Shown one piece after another: positions 29,151 through 37,234 of a DNA stretch of 64,000 nt. The position numbers were made by a program, and so were the translations under genes. Where the stretch lies: assembly GCA_018303805.1 (NCBI GenBank), contig JAGVXL010000001.1:177528-241527 (forward strand), written 5' to 3'. Every line of letters begins with the position of its first letter. The stretch's first letter is position 1. The stretch comes from Candidatus Pacearchaeota archaeon. Lineage in GTDB: Archaea; Nanobdellota; Nanobdellia; Pacearchaeales; DTIR01. Below the pieces are notes generated by a model that was given only the letters and a program-made list of their open reading frames with translations, was not told where the DNA came from and did not search any database.

Positions 29151-29157
29151 TTATAAA
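29151..29157 (-). promoter_or_regulatory. TATA box for the tRNA-X / LAGLIDADG / tRNA-Gly transcription unit
   Basis: The reverse strand has TTTATAA lying 24 nt upstream of the first tRNA-X nucleotide, which is typical archaeal spacing. Confidence 0.5.
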
Positions 29158-29178
29158 TTTAACAATGGACTTTCCTAT

Positions 29179-29685
29179 ATGGCAGAAAGAACAGAGATAG
29201 AAAAGGAAACAAGAATGCTTATAGCATTGGACATACTTTACAAGCCTTTTTCCAGCTTGGGTGCCAAGGGCAAGAGGAAAGCAGAAAAACATGCAAAGAG
29301 CATAGTTTCTTTTTTAAAAGAAGGCGAGGAGAAAGGCGAGAGGATTTTTGCAAGAGTTGAGAAGAGAGACGAGGAAAAGGCGAGAGATCTAAGGGAGGGA
29401 ATAGATGCCTTCAAAGAAGAATACCCGCAGTACGGAAAACTGCTTGAAAAATGCATAAAGGAAAAAAGAATGAGCCATAATAAGTATATTATCTATGGGT
29501 TAAGCGAGGGGTTTAAGTTAGGAGAAGAGGATTATGTTAAGGTAATGATGGGTTTAGGATTTGAAAGAAGGGAAGCCAATTCTGTCTATCCTCACATTTT
29601 AGCTATTTCAGACCGCTTGGGCAAGGCAGTAGAGCAAGCTGAAAGAATCATGCTCATACCACAGAAAAAGCAAAAGGAAAAATGA
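29179..29685 (+). CDS. hypothetical protein (168 aa)
   Basis: The start is set at ATG 29179 (MAERTEIEK...). The longer ORF-track version overlaps the tRNA-X / LAGLIDADG region. It overlaps the next gene by 4 nt (ATGA). Confidence 0.5.
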   Translation: MAERTEIEKETRMLIALDILYKPFSSLGAKGKRKAEKHAKSIVSFLKEGEEKGERIFARVEKRDEEKARDLREGIDAFKEEYPQYGKLLEKCIKEKRMSHNKYIIYGLSEGFKLGEEDYVKVMMGLGFERREANSVYPHILAISDRLGKAVEQAERIMLIPQKKQKEK

Positions 29686-30071
29686 AAGTTCGTGAAGTAA
29701 TGGGCAAGCCAAATGTTGTTTCCCCTGAAACAACTATCTTGGAAGCGGCAAAAATCATGGCTGAAAAAGATGTGACAACCCTCTTTGTTATTGAGGGGCA
29801 GAAAGTCATAGGAATCATAACTGATATGGATATAATAAAAAGATGCGTTATCCAGAATAAGAAAGCAGGGGATGTTAAGGCAAAGGACATTATGACTTCC
29901 AAGCTTGTAACAGTTGATGCAGATGATAATGTGGAGTATGCAGTTAATGTCATGCTTGAGAACAAAATCAGGAGATTGCCTGTTGTTTCAAAAGGCCGGT
30001 TTGTCGGCATCATTACAACAGATTATATCTCAGCGCATGCCGATGAACTTGGTGTTGATTCATTATTTTGA
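29682..30071 (+). CDS. CBS-pair domain protein
   Basis: Two CBS repeats (VREVMGKPNVVSP..., AKDIMTSKLVTV...RRLPVV). Confidence 0.75.
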   Translation: MKVREVMGKPNVVSPETTILEAAKIMAEKDVTTLFVIEGQKVIGIITDMDIIKRCVIQNKKAGDVKAKDIMTSKLVTVDADDNVEYAVNVMLENKIRRLPVVSKGRFVGIITTDYISAHADELGVDSLF

Positions 30072-30412
30072 AAATGGCAGAAGGGATAGTTCTATTTAAG
30101 GAATGGCAGAAACTGGACTTGAGAGTTGCAAGAATAACTGATGTAAAAGAGCATCCTAATGCTAACAAGCTTTATCTTCTTGATGTTGATTTGGGAAATG
30201 AGAAAAGGCAGCTGGTTGCGGGATTGAAAAATAATTATTCCACAAATGAACTGAAAGGCAAACTTTGTGTTGTTTTTACGAATCTTGAGCCAGCAACAAT
30301 CCGCGGCATAAAAAGCGAGGGAATGATTCTTGCTGCTGTGAATGATGACAAGAGTAAGGTTTTGATTTTGCAGCCTGAGAAAGAGATGGGGGTAGGGAGC
30401 AAAGTGCAATGA
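30068..30412 (+). CDS. tRNA-binding domain protein (Trbp111/CsaA/EMAP-II-like OB fold)
   Basis: LDLRVARITDVKEHPNANKLYLLDVDLG...RQLVAGL...NLEPATIRGIKSEGMILAA. Confidence 0.8.
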   Translation: MKMAEGIVLFKEWQKLDLRVARITDVKEHPNANKLYLLDVDLGNEKRQLVAGLKNNYSTNELKGKLCVVFTNLEPATIRGIKSEGMILAAVNDDKSKVLILQPEKEMGVGSKVQ

Positions 30413-30744
30413 AAAGCCTGATAGAAAAATTTTTTGAATTTCAAAAAGAAAAAAGAAGAAACAAACTATTTAGGATTATTGGTCCACGGTGCATTGATTC
30501 TTGCAGAACATACGACGAACTTATGAGAATTGTTAAAAGAAAAGCATCGTTTATGTATTTGTGGAAAGGACAAAATAGAAAGGATTCTAGTCAGTTCTCA
30601 GAGGATTTATTAAATCTTGGAATTGTAAAGGAGTATTTTAAAGACGAGGGAAGCAATTCCAGATTTTCCATACAATATTACAATCTAAAAGATATTCACT
30701 ATAGACTTACTGAAAAAGGTAGAGAGAAACTTGTGAAAAAATAA
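30409..30744 (+). CDS. hypothetical protein, possible winged-helix
   Basis: The C-terminal ...YRLTEKGREKL resembles the wing/recognition end of PadR/MarR-type winged-helix domains. Otherwise unknown. Confidence 0.4.
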   Translation: MKSLIEKFFEFQKEKRRNKLFRIIGPRCIDSCRTYDELMRIVKRKASFMYLWKGQNRKDSSQFSEDLLNLGIVKEYFKDEGSNSRFSIQYYNLKDIHYRLTEKGREKLVKK

Positions 30745-30751
30745 ATTTTCT

Positions 30752-31363
30752 TTATTGCAACAATTCAGGCTCGACATCCTCTTCTTCTGATTTGTAGTCT
30801 ATAACAGAGAAGACATCATATTTCTTCAGCTTTTCTCTGCCTCCAAGATATGATAGGTCTATGATGAATGCAACACCAACAACATTCCCTCCTAACCTTT
30901 CAACTAATTTGCACGCTGCCTCTGCTGTCCCACCAGTAGCTAGGAGATCGTCTGCAATCAAAACATTTTGTCCTTTTTTAATTCCATCTTCATGCATTTC
31001 AAAGGCATCGATGCTATATTCTGTTTGGAATTCCTGCTTTATTGTTTTGTAGGGAAGTTTTCCAGGCTTTCTTAAAGGGACAAAGCTGCAGTACATCTCA
31101 TGAGCAAGAATGGAGCCGAAAATAAATCCCCTCGACTCTGCTGCTACGACAGCATCAATCCTTTTGTCCTTAAAATGTTCTTCTATTGTTAATAAAACAT
31201 AACGCCTTGTGAAAGGGTCTTGCAGCAATGGTGTTATATCCCGAAACATAATTCCCTTTTTTGGAAAGTGAGGAATAGTCCTTATTCTCTTTTTTATGTC
31301 TTGGATGTTCATGTTTATATTCAAATAGGATGTATTTAAAAAATTTTCCTGAATGTCTCGCAT
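30752..31363 (-). CDS. apt: adenine phosphoribosyltransferase
   Basis: FPKKGIMFRDITPLL, ESRGFIFG, and the PRPP loop VLIADDLLATGGTA. The true start may be the internal MNIQDIK. Confidence 0.85.
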   Translation of the reverse strand: MRDIQENFLNTSYLNINMNIQDIKKRIRTIPHFPKKGIMFRDITPLLQDPFTRRYVLLTIEEHFKDKRIDAVVAAESRGFIFGSILAHEMYCSFVPLRKPGKLPYKTIKQEFQTEYSIDAFEMHEDGIKKGQNVLIADDLLATGGTAEAACKLVERLGGNVVGVAFIIDLSYLGGREKLKKYDVFSVIDYKSEEEDVEPELLQ

Positions 31364-31410
31364 TTGGATTTGTGATTGCTATACTAAATTTTAGCAAATC
31401 AAAATGCTGT

Positions 31411-31466
31411 TCGGAGTTGCGCTCTGATTATTGATATCCTAATGTTAGCAGAGCGAAACTCCTCGA
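31411..31466 (-). repeat. 56-nt conserved hairpin element immediately 3' of tRNA-Val (copy A)
   Basis: 53/56 identical to 55029..55084. On the reverse strand GGAGUUUCGCUCUG pairs with CAGAGCGCAACUCC (13/14) around a 22-nt loop. The element begins at the nucleotide after the discriminator base. Confidence 0.8.
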
Positions 31467-31583
31467 TGAGCCCGCTCGGGTTCGAACCGAGGATCTCCAC
31501 CGCTCTCAATCTTTTTCTCTCCAAGGTCTCTTCCTAAGAGAGCTTTTGTGAGGGTAGCGTCTTAACCACTGGACTACGGGCTC
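31467..31583 (-). tRNA. tRNA-Val (anticodon CAC) with a 44-nt intron at 37/38 (31546..31503)
   Basis: GAGCCCG-UA-GUCC-AGUGGUUA-AGAC-G-CUACC-CUCACA[44 nt]C-GGUGG-AGAUC-CUCGG-UUCGAAC-CCGAG-CGGGCUC-A. CUCA (32-35) pairs with UGAG near the intron's 3' end, which puts both splice sites in 3-nt bulges. Confidence 0.8.
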
Positions 31584-31618
31584 ATTCTCCCTTACAAAAG
31601 AACAAATTTTACTTTAAA

Positions 31619-32080
31619 TTATTTTTTATTGCTTAAAACAAGCTTCCTGAAGAGCATTATCTCTTTTTCTGCTTCCTCCCTGCTTCCAGAGGCATGAATT
31701 ATATTGTGTGTTTCCCTGTCAAGTTTTGCATTTTCACGCATGTCTTCATTGCTGAAATCTCCCCTTAAAGTTACTTTGTCTGCCTCAGCGGGGTTTGTCT
31801 TGCCGCATATTTTCCTTGTCTTTTCAACAGCATTCTTGCCTTCAAGAACCGCAGCAACAACATAATCAGAAAGCATCCATCCCTTGACATTTTCAAGCAG
31901 CTTTGCGTTTACAACACTTTCAATATGCCTGTATAATTCATCAACAAAGTGCTTGTTTAGTTTTAATTTCCATTTCTCGGCAACATTTAAGCCAGCATCC
32001 TGAAATCTTTTCAGGCAAATATCAACAATGCCCTTTTGAACAGCATCCGGCTTGAGAATTATGAATGTTTGTTCATTCAT
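31619..32080 (-). CDS. ndk: nucleoside diphosphate kinase
   Basis: EQTFIILKPDAV, and NIIHASGS containing the catalytic His. Confidence 0.9.
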   Translation of the reverse strand: MNEQTFIILKPDAVQKGIVDICLKRFQDAGLNVAEKWKLKLNKHFVDELYRHIESVVNAKLLENVKGWMLSDYVVAAVLEGKNAVEKTRKICGKTNPAEADKVTLRGDFSNEDMRENAKLDRETHNIIHASGSREEAEKEIMLFRKLVLSNKK

Positions 32081-32082
32081 TT

Positions 32083-32640
32083 TTACTTTTTTATTAATTT
32101 GCTAAGCAAATCATCAATTTTTTTGTAAAGTTCTTTAACGCTTCCAGAATTCTCAATTTTATACTCCACATATTTTAAAGTACTCTTGAAATGGAGCATT
32201 TCCCACTCTCTTTTCTCTTGTTTAAGAAAATGCTCAAATGTCTGCGCATCCCCTTCTCTTTTTCTTGCTTTTAATCTTTCATATCTTACTTTTTTTGGTG
32301 CATCAATCAAAACAAGAACTGCCCCTGCTTTTTTTGCCTCGCCCGCATCTACTGGCGTCCTTATTCCATCTATCAGCAACCGATTACCTGCAGAGTTACT
32401 CAGTCTTTCAATGGTTTCCCTTATGAAATATTCCTGCCCATATTTATCGCGATATTTCTCTTGTATTGCCTGCAAATTTTCCCTTGTCAGTTCCATGCCT
32501 TCCTGCCTTGTCACTTCCCTGACTAAATCACCCATCCCAACACGATAAAAACCATGTTTTTTTATGAGATAATCAGAAACAGTTGTTTTGCCTGCCCCTA
32601 TAGTGCCAAGCAAGCCAATCATATATTTTGTATTCTCCAT
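32083..32640 (-). CDS. P-loop nucleotide kinase (dephospho-CoA kinase / adenylate kinase-like fold)
   Basis: IGLLGTIGAGKTTVSDYL Walker A, and a small lid-type architecture. Substrate not assignable. Confidence 0.5.
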   Translation of the reverse strand: MENTKYMIGLLGTIGAGKTTVSDYLIKKHGFYRVGMGDLVREVTRQEGMELTRENLQAIQEKYRDKYGQEYFIRETIERLSNSAGNRLLIDGIRTPVDAGEAKKAGAVLVLIDAPKKVRYERLKARKREGDAQTFEHFLKQEKREWEMLHFKSTLKYVEYKIENSGSVKELYKKIDDLLSKLIKK

Positions 32641-32645
32641 GATAA

Positions 32646-33422
32646 CTATTCCACCCCAAGAATTCTCAAGAATCTGCGGAATTTTCCTTTTTTCTCTTGT
32701 ATTTCAAGCTGTTCAACATATTTCTTGCCGAGCAATTTCGCAGCCAACCTTTTATAGCCCTTAGCAGCCTTGCTTTCAGGGTGAGTATGCACAACAGCAT
32801 CTTTCAATCTTAATGCTTCTTTCACGGAATCGTCTTCAGGAATTATTTCAAGTATGGGGGTTTCAAGCATTGCCTCAATGTTCTCAAGATTCTCTTCATG
32901 CAGGGAATCCATAAATCTAGTCAGCACAATCCCCCTGACATTCTTATCAAGCTTTTCGGCAAGGCGTATTGTCTTTAATGCATCAGTCAGTGCAGGCAGT
33001 TCTGCCTGAGTAACTATTAGGATGTCGTCTGCTGCTTCAATAGCCATTACTGCTTCTCTGCCCAAGCCCGCAGCAGAATCAAATATCACAATATCCCCGA
33101 ACCTTTTTAATCTCTTTGCGATTTCATGGATTTTGTCAAGATTCATGTTTCTTGGCAAGGATAGGGAGGCAGGCATAACTTTAATTCCTGAATGATGCTC
33201 ATAAAGCGCCTCGTGAACTTTTGCCCTGCCACTTAGGACATGGCTTAAACTGACAGGCGTTATAGGGGCGCCAAAATGCAATCCTATATTTGGAGTAGTA
33301 ATATTGGCATCAACAAGGACTACTTCCTTGCCTAAGAGGTTTAGTGCTGCAGCAAGATTAATTGCAGTAGTTGTTTTGCCCACCCCCCCTTTGCCAGAAG
33401 TTATTACAATAATCCTCGCCAT
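32646..33422 (-). CDS. minD: MinD/ParA-family ATPase (archaeal MinD type)
   Basis: Deviant Walker A: IVITSGKGGVGKTTTAINLAAAL. Confidence 0.85.
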   Translation of the reverse strand: MARIIVITSGKGGVGKTTTAINLAAALNLLGKEVVLVDANITTPNIGLHFGAPITPVSLSHVLSGRAKVHEALYEHHSGIKVMPASLSLPRNMNLDKIHEIAKRLKRFGDIVIFDSAAGLGREAVMAIEAADDILIVTQAELPALTDALKTIRLAEKLDKNVRGIVLTRFMDSLHEENLENIEAMLETPILEIIPEDDSVKEALRLKDAVVHTHPESKAAKGYKRLAAKLLGKKYVEQLEIQEKKGKFRRFLRILGVE

Positions 33423-33452
33423 TTTTAATCCACTTTTTATCTTACTGAACTT

Positions 33453-33923
33453 TTACTTAATAAAATGCTTCACAAAACTTAAAAATCTTTCCAAAAGTTC
33501 CTGCCACTCTTTAAGTTTGTCCATATTTATGCTTATTATCCTGCCCTTATTTGTAACATTAAGCGCAACACCCTTTCTGAATTCTGCCTCCTTAGTGTAC
33601 TCTAACTTGGGGATTATCTTAAAAAAAAGGTAAAGTTGCAGTGTTTTAATAACCATATTCTCTTTCTTTAGAACTTCAAGAAGAACATTAACCTTGGCGC
33701 GAGGTGCAATAGGAATCTTCGTTACCATCTTTTTCTTCTTTGCCTTTTCGAGCATGGCATCAATGCATCCTTCAATCATCCCCTGCCATCTCGAAATAAG
33801 ATTAAGGATAACATCACATGTTTTTGTGTACTTAAGGCTGACGTAGAACAGATGCTCTGCTACACGCCTTTCTTTCTCGATACGCTGCCACATAAATTTA
33901 ACTTTAATCCTCTTTTTAAACAA
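33453..33923 (-). CDS. hypothetical protein, tandem paralog A
   Basis: 156 aa, and I can align it by eye with the next gene (AEHLFYVS.. with ADHMVYIT..; EFRKGVAL.. with EFVRRDKL..). Confidence 0.45.
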   Translation of the reverse strand: MFKKRIKVKFMWQRIEKERRVAEHLFYVSLKYTKTCDVILNLISRWQGMIEGCIDAMLEKAKKKKMVTKIPIAPRAKVNVLLEVLKKENMVIKTLQLYLFFKIIPKLEYTKEAEFRKGVALNVTNKGRIISINMDKLKEWQELLERFLSFVKHFIK

Positions 33924-33983
33924 AGTAAAGAATGCCCGCCTATTATTTATACCTATCGATATACTGGCGAGGATACATAAAAC

Positions 33984-34457
33984 TTACCACCTTGCTTGTA
34001 TCCTGACACTTACCTTCTGCAGCAAGCCCTTGCTTACCAACAGGTAATCTTTCAGCCTGTCAAGGGTTAATGTATCAGTTTTTAGGTTGTCAGACATGAT
34101 GACAAGCTTGTCTCTCCTTACAAATTCCATAGGGCTTGCCTTATGCTCTTTCATGAGTCTGAATATTTCAACTATCTTCTCCAGTTCAGCAGAGGAAATC
34201 CCAAATCTGGGGGAGCACTTTTCCCTGAAAACCCTGAAATTCTCACTTGCATTTTCTGTCAAAATTATCCTTTTGTATGAAGAATCATATTGCAATATAA
34301 TATTCACAAGGGTAAGGACTGCAGAATAAATCTCGCTTAAAATCTTAATTAGGAGCCTATTCTCCTTGATAAGAGGGAAGGTTATGTAAACCATATGGTC
34401 TGCTGTTTGCAGTGCTTTAGAAGCCGACTGCAGAGATACAAGAATCTTGTCAGGCAT
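33984..34457 (-). CDS. hypothetical protein, tandem paralog B
   Basis: 157 aa with the same predicted all-helical layout as 33453..33923. It contains RLMKEH (Rx4H), which is only a weak HEPN-like hint. Confidence 0.45.
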   Translation of the reverse strand: MPDKILVSLQSASKALQTADHMVYITFPLIKENRLLIKILSEIYSAVLTLVNIILQYDSSYKRIILTENASENFRVFREKCSPRFGISSAELEKIVEIFRLMKEHKASPMEFVRRDKLVIMSDNLKTDTLTLDRLKDYLLVSKGLLQKVSVRIQARW

Positions 34458-34544
34458 TTTCCCTTAGCTGTTTATAAGAACAAAAAAGAATATAAAAACC
34501 TTTTCTATAATGTCAGAAAAATAAACTGCATCCTTTAGGGTACA

Positions 34545-34564
34545 GACAGTTGTGAACAACTGTC
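34545..34564. repeat. perfect 9-bp palindrome (GACAGTTGT-GA-ACAACTGTC)
   Basis: Read directly from the sequence. It lies between the sec61-beta stop and the TATA-like box of the next gene. Confidence 0.7.
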
Positions 34565-34619
34565 AGATTTTCCTGAGCATCCTAAAAACAAAAACCCTTT
34601 GTTTTTTTGATCTTTGCAG

Positions 34620-34775
34620 TTACATCACTACTCTCAATACTATCTCTAATGCAACAGCTAGAACTATGAGTAGCACAACATGTGCTGGCTTTATCTGAAT
34701 CTTGCTCTTGTAGTCGTCATAGTAATTCACCAGTCCACCTGTGCTGGAAGGCATCCTTAAGCGGTCTTGTGCCAT
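34620..34775 (-). CDS. secG: preprotein translocase subunit Sec61-beta (archaeal SecG), 51 aa
   Basis: Absent from the ORF track because it is under 60 aa. My translation is MAQDRLRMPSSTGGLVNYYDDYKSKIQIKPAHVVLLIVLAVALEIVLRVVM. It fits the Sec61-beta pattern (sSaGL.rYy.e...i.i.P..V) plus a C-terminal TM helix. Confidence 0.7.
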   Translation of the reverse strand: MAQDRLRMPSSTGGLVNYYDDYKSKIQIKPAHVVLLIVLAVALEIVLRVVM

Positions 34776-34849
34776 TTAAAGTTGATATAACAACAGTATA
34801 AAAATCTTTTGCTAAAAACCTTTAAAAAACTATCATAACTATAACCCCC

Positions 34850-37204
34850 ATGCAAGACATGAAAGAAATGCAGGATTATGTCATATTTGAGGCAGAGAAG
34901 AAATGGCAGGAATACTGGGAGAAGCAGGGAATTTACAAATTCAATAATAAGAAAAAAGACAAGCTTTTCTCAGTTGATAATCCCCCCCCTACTGTTTCAG
35001 GCAAAATGCACATCGGGCATGCATTCTCTTACTCACAGCAGGATTTTATTGCGAGGTTCAGAAGGATGAAGCAGGAAAATGTTTTCTATCCATTTGGCAC
35101 AGATGATAATGGCTTGCCAACTGAAAGGATGGTTGAAAAGCTTAATAATGTCAAAAGCGCCAGCATGGACATGGCAGAGTTTATTGAGCTCTGCTTGAAA
35201 ACACTTAAGAAAATCACTCCAGAGTTTATCCAGGATTGGAAAAAATTGGGGGTGTCTGCAGATTATAGCCTGGGTTACTCTACAATAGACAAAAAATGCC
35301 AGCAGCTTTCCCAGAAATCCTTTATTGAACTTTTCAGGAAAAATCTTGTTTATAAGAGAGAATTCCCGACAATATGGTGCCCAGAGTGCAGGACTGCAAT
35401 TGCACAAGCTGAACTTGAAGACAAGCAACGGGATAGTCTATTTTCAACAATAAAATTTAAGGTAGAAGGTAGGGATTTGCTGATTTCAACAACAAGGCCT
35501 GAACTCCTGCCGGCATGTGTTGCAGTCTTTGTGAATCCTGCTGACAAAAGGTATAAGAATCTCGCAGGGAAAAAGGCAAAAGTTCCTTTAGTTGATTTTG
35601 AAGTTCCTGTAATAGCGGACAAATCAGCAGATATGGCAAAAGGAACAGGAGTTCTGATGGTTTGTTCATATGGGGATCGGTTTGATGTTGAGGCAATCCA
35701 AAGGCACAAGTTAGAGCCAAGATTAATCCTGAACAGGGATGGCACTTTAAGTTATAATCAGTATGCCGGCTTAAGGATTAAGGAAGCCAGAAAAAAAATC
35801 CTAGAGGAATTAAAACAGAAAAATCTTATCACAGAGGAGCAGCATATCATCCATGCAGTTAATGTGCATGACAAGTGTGGGACAGAAATTGAGTTTTTGA
35901 CAACAGAGCAGTGGTTTATCAAGATACTTGATAAAAAAGAGGAACTGATAGAGCAGGGCAGAAAAATAAAATGGCATCCGGGATTCATGCTCAAAAGATA
36001 TGAGGGCTGGATAAACGGCTTGGAGTGGGACTGGAGCATTTCTAGAGACAGGCATTTTGGAGTTCCAATCCCTGTATGGGAATGCAAAAAATGCAAAACA
36101 ATTATCTTGCCTGATGAAAAAGAGCTTCCAATTAATCCATTACAGACTCAGAAAAAATGTGATAAATGCAATTCAGTTGCAGAGCCAGAAAAGAAAGTTC
36201 TTGACACATGGGCAACATCATCCTTGACACCACAGATTGCATCCTCTCTTGTAAGAGACATTATAAAACTGCCTTTCTCTTTGAGACCCCAAGCCCATGA
36301 TATAATAAGGACATGGGCATTCTATACAATCACAAAATCCTATCTGCATGAAAAACAGATTCCATGGAAGGATATCATGATTTCAGGCTTTGTCACATTG
36401 AAAGGCGAAAAGATGAGCAAGAGCAAAGGAAATGTAATCCAGCCCCAGGAAGTAATAGAAAAATATGGCGCAGATTCCCTGAGGTTTTGGGCTGCTGGCA
36501 GCAAGCTGGGGGAGGATTTGGATTATCAGGAAAAGGATATTATTACAGGCAGGAAGCTTATAACAAAACTTTGGAATGCCTCTAAATTTACCCTTATGAA
36601 CTTGCAGGATTATAAGGCAGAAAAGCCGGCAAAACTTGAAGTAATGGACAAATGGATCCTATGCAAATTGACTCGGCTTGTCAGGAACTGCACAACCTTT
36701 TTCGAGGGCTATGAATATTCCAAGGCAAGGGCTGAAACAGAAAATTTCTTCTGGCATGATTTTTGTGACAATTATCTGGAAATTTCCAAGAGGAGGATAT
36801 ATCAGGGAACTAAGCAAGAGAAGCTTTCAGCGCAATATGCTATTTACACATCACTCCTTTCCGTGATAAAGCTGTTTGCTCCAATAATGCCACATATAAC
36901 TGAGGAGATCTATCACTTAAGATTCGCAGAAGATGAGAGATGCAAGAGCATTCATATAAGCAGATGGCCCGAATTGAGCATGGATGATAAATCTGCTTTG
37001 GAAATAGGAGATCTTTTTATTGAGACTCTTGCAGCAGTCAGGCAGTTTAAGGCATCAAACAAGAAATCATTGAAGGCATTAATTTCCTTGACTTTGGAAC
37101 AAGAAAAAGTCAGCAAGCTTAAGGACTCCTTGGGAGATTTTAAGGCAGTTGTAAATGCGAAAGAAATAAAAGAAGGCAAGTTTTCTATTTCATTACTGGA
37201 ATAG
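34850..37204 (+). CDS. valS: valyl-tRNA synthetase
   Basis: PPPTVSGKMHIGHAFSY, GTDDNGLPTE and KMSKSKGN. Ends in TAG. Confidence 0.85.
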   Translation: MQDMKEMQDYVIFEAEKKWQEYWEKQGIYKFNNKKKDKLFSVDNPPPTVSGKMHIGHAFSYSQQDFIARFRRMKQENVFYPFGTDDNGLPTERMVEKLNNVKSASMDMAEFIELCLKTLKKITPEFIQDWKKLGVSADYSLGYSTIDKKCQQLSQKSFIELFRKNLVYKREFPTIWCPECRTAIAQAELEDKQRDSLFSTIKFKVEGRDLLISTTRPELLPACVAVFVNPADKRYKNLAGKKAKVPLVDFEVPVIADKSADMAKGTGVLMVCSYGDRFDVEAIQRHKLEPRLILNRDGTLSYNQYAGLRIKEARKKILEELKQKNLITEEQHIIHAVNVHDKCGTEIEFLTTEQWFIKILDKKEELIEQGRKIKWHPGFMLKRYEGWINGLEWDWSISRDRHFGVPIPVWECKKCKTIILPDEKELPINPLQTQKKCDKCNSVAEPEKKVLDTWATSSLTPQIASSLVRDIIKLPFSLRPQAHDIIRTWAFYTITKSYLHEKQIPWKDIMISGFVTLKGEKMSKSKGNVIQPQEVIEKYGADSLRFWAAGSKLGEDLDYQEKDIITGRKLITKLWNASKFTLMNLQDYKAEKPAKLEVMDKWILCKLTRLVRNCTTFFEGYEYSKARAETENFFWHDFCDNYLEISKRRIYQGTKQEKLSAQYAIYTSLLSVIKLFAPIMPHITEEIYHLRFAEDERCKSIHISRWPELSMDDKSALEIGDLFIETLAAVRQFKASNKKSLKALISLTLEQEKVSKLKDSLGDFKAVVNAKEIKEGKFSISLLE

Positions 37205-37234
37205 CATTGAAAGTTGCATGCTTAATCTATCAAA

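Noticed and set aside
31411-31466. The 56-nt element as a box C/D sRNA, since CTGA and GATGAG strings are present on the forward strand.
   Set aside because: The box order is wrong for that strand: the D-like box is 5' and the C-like box is 3'. The C-like box extends into the tRNA. The dominant feature is a long perfect stem, not a K-turn.
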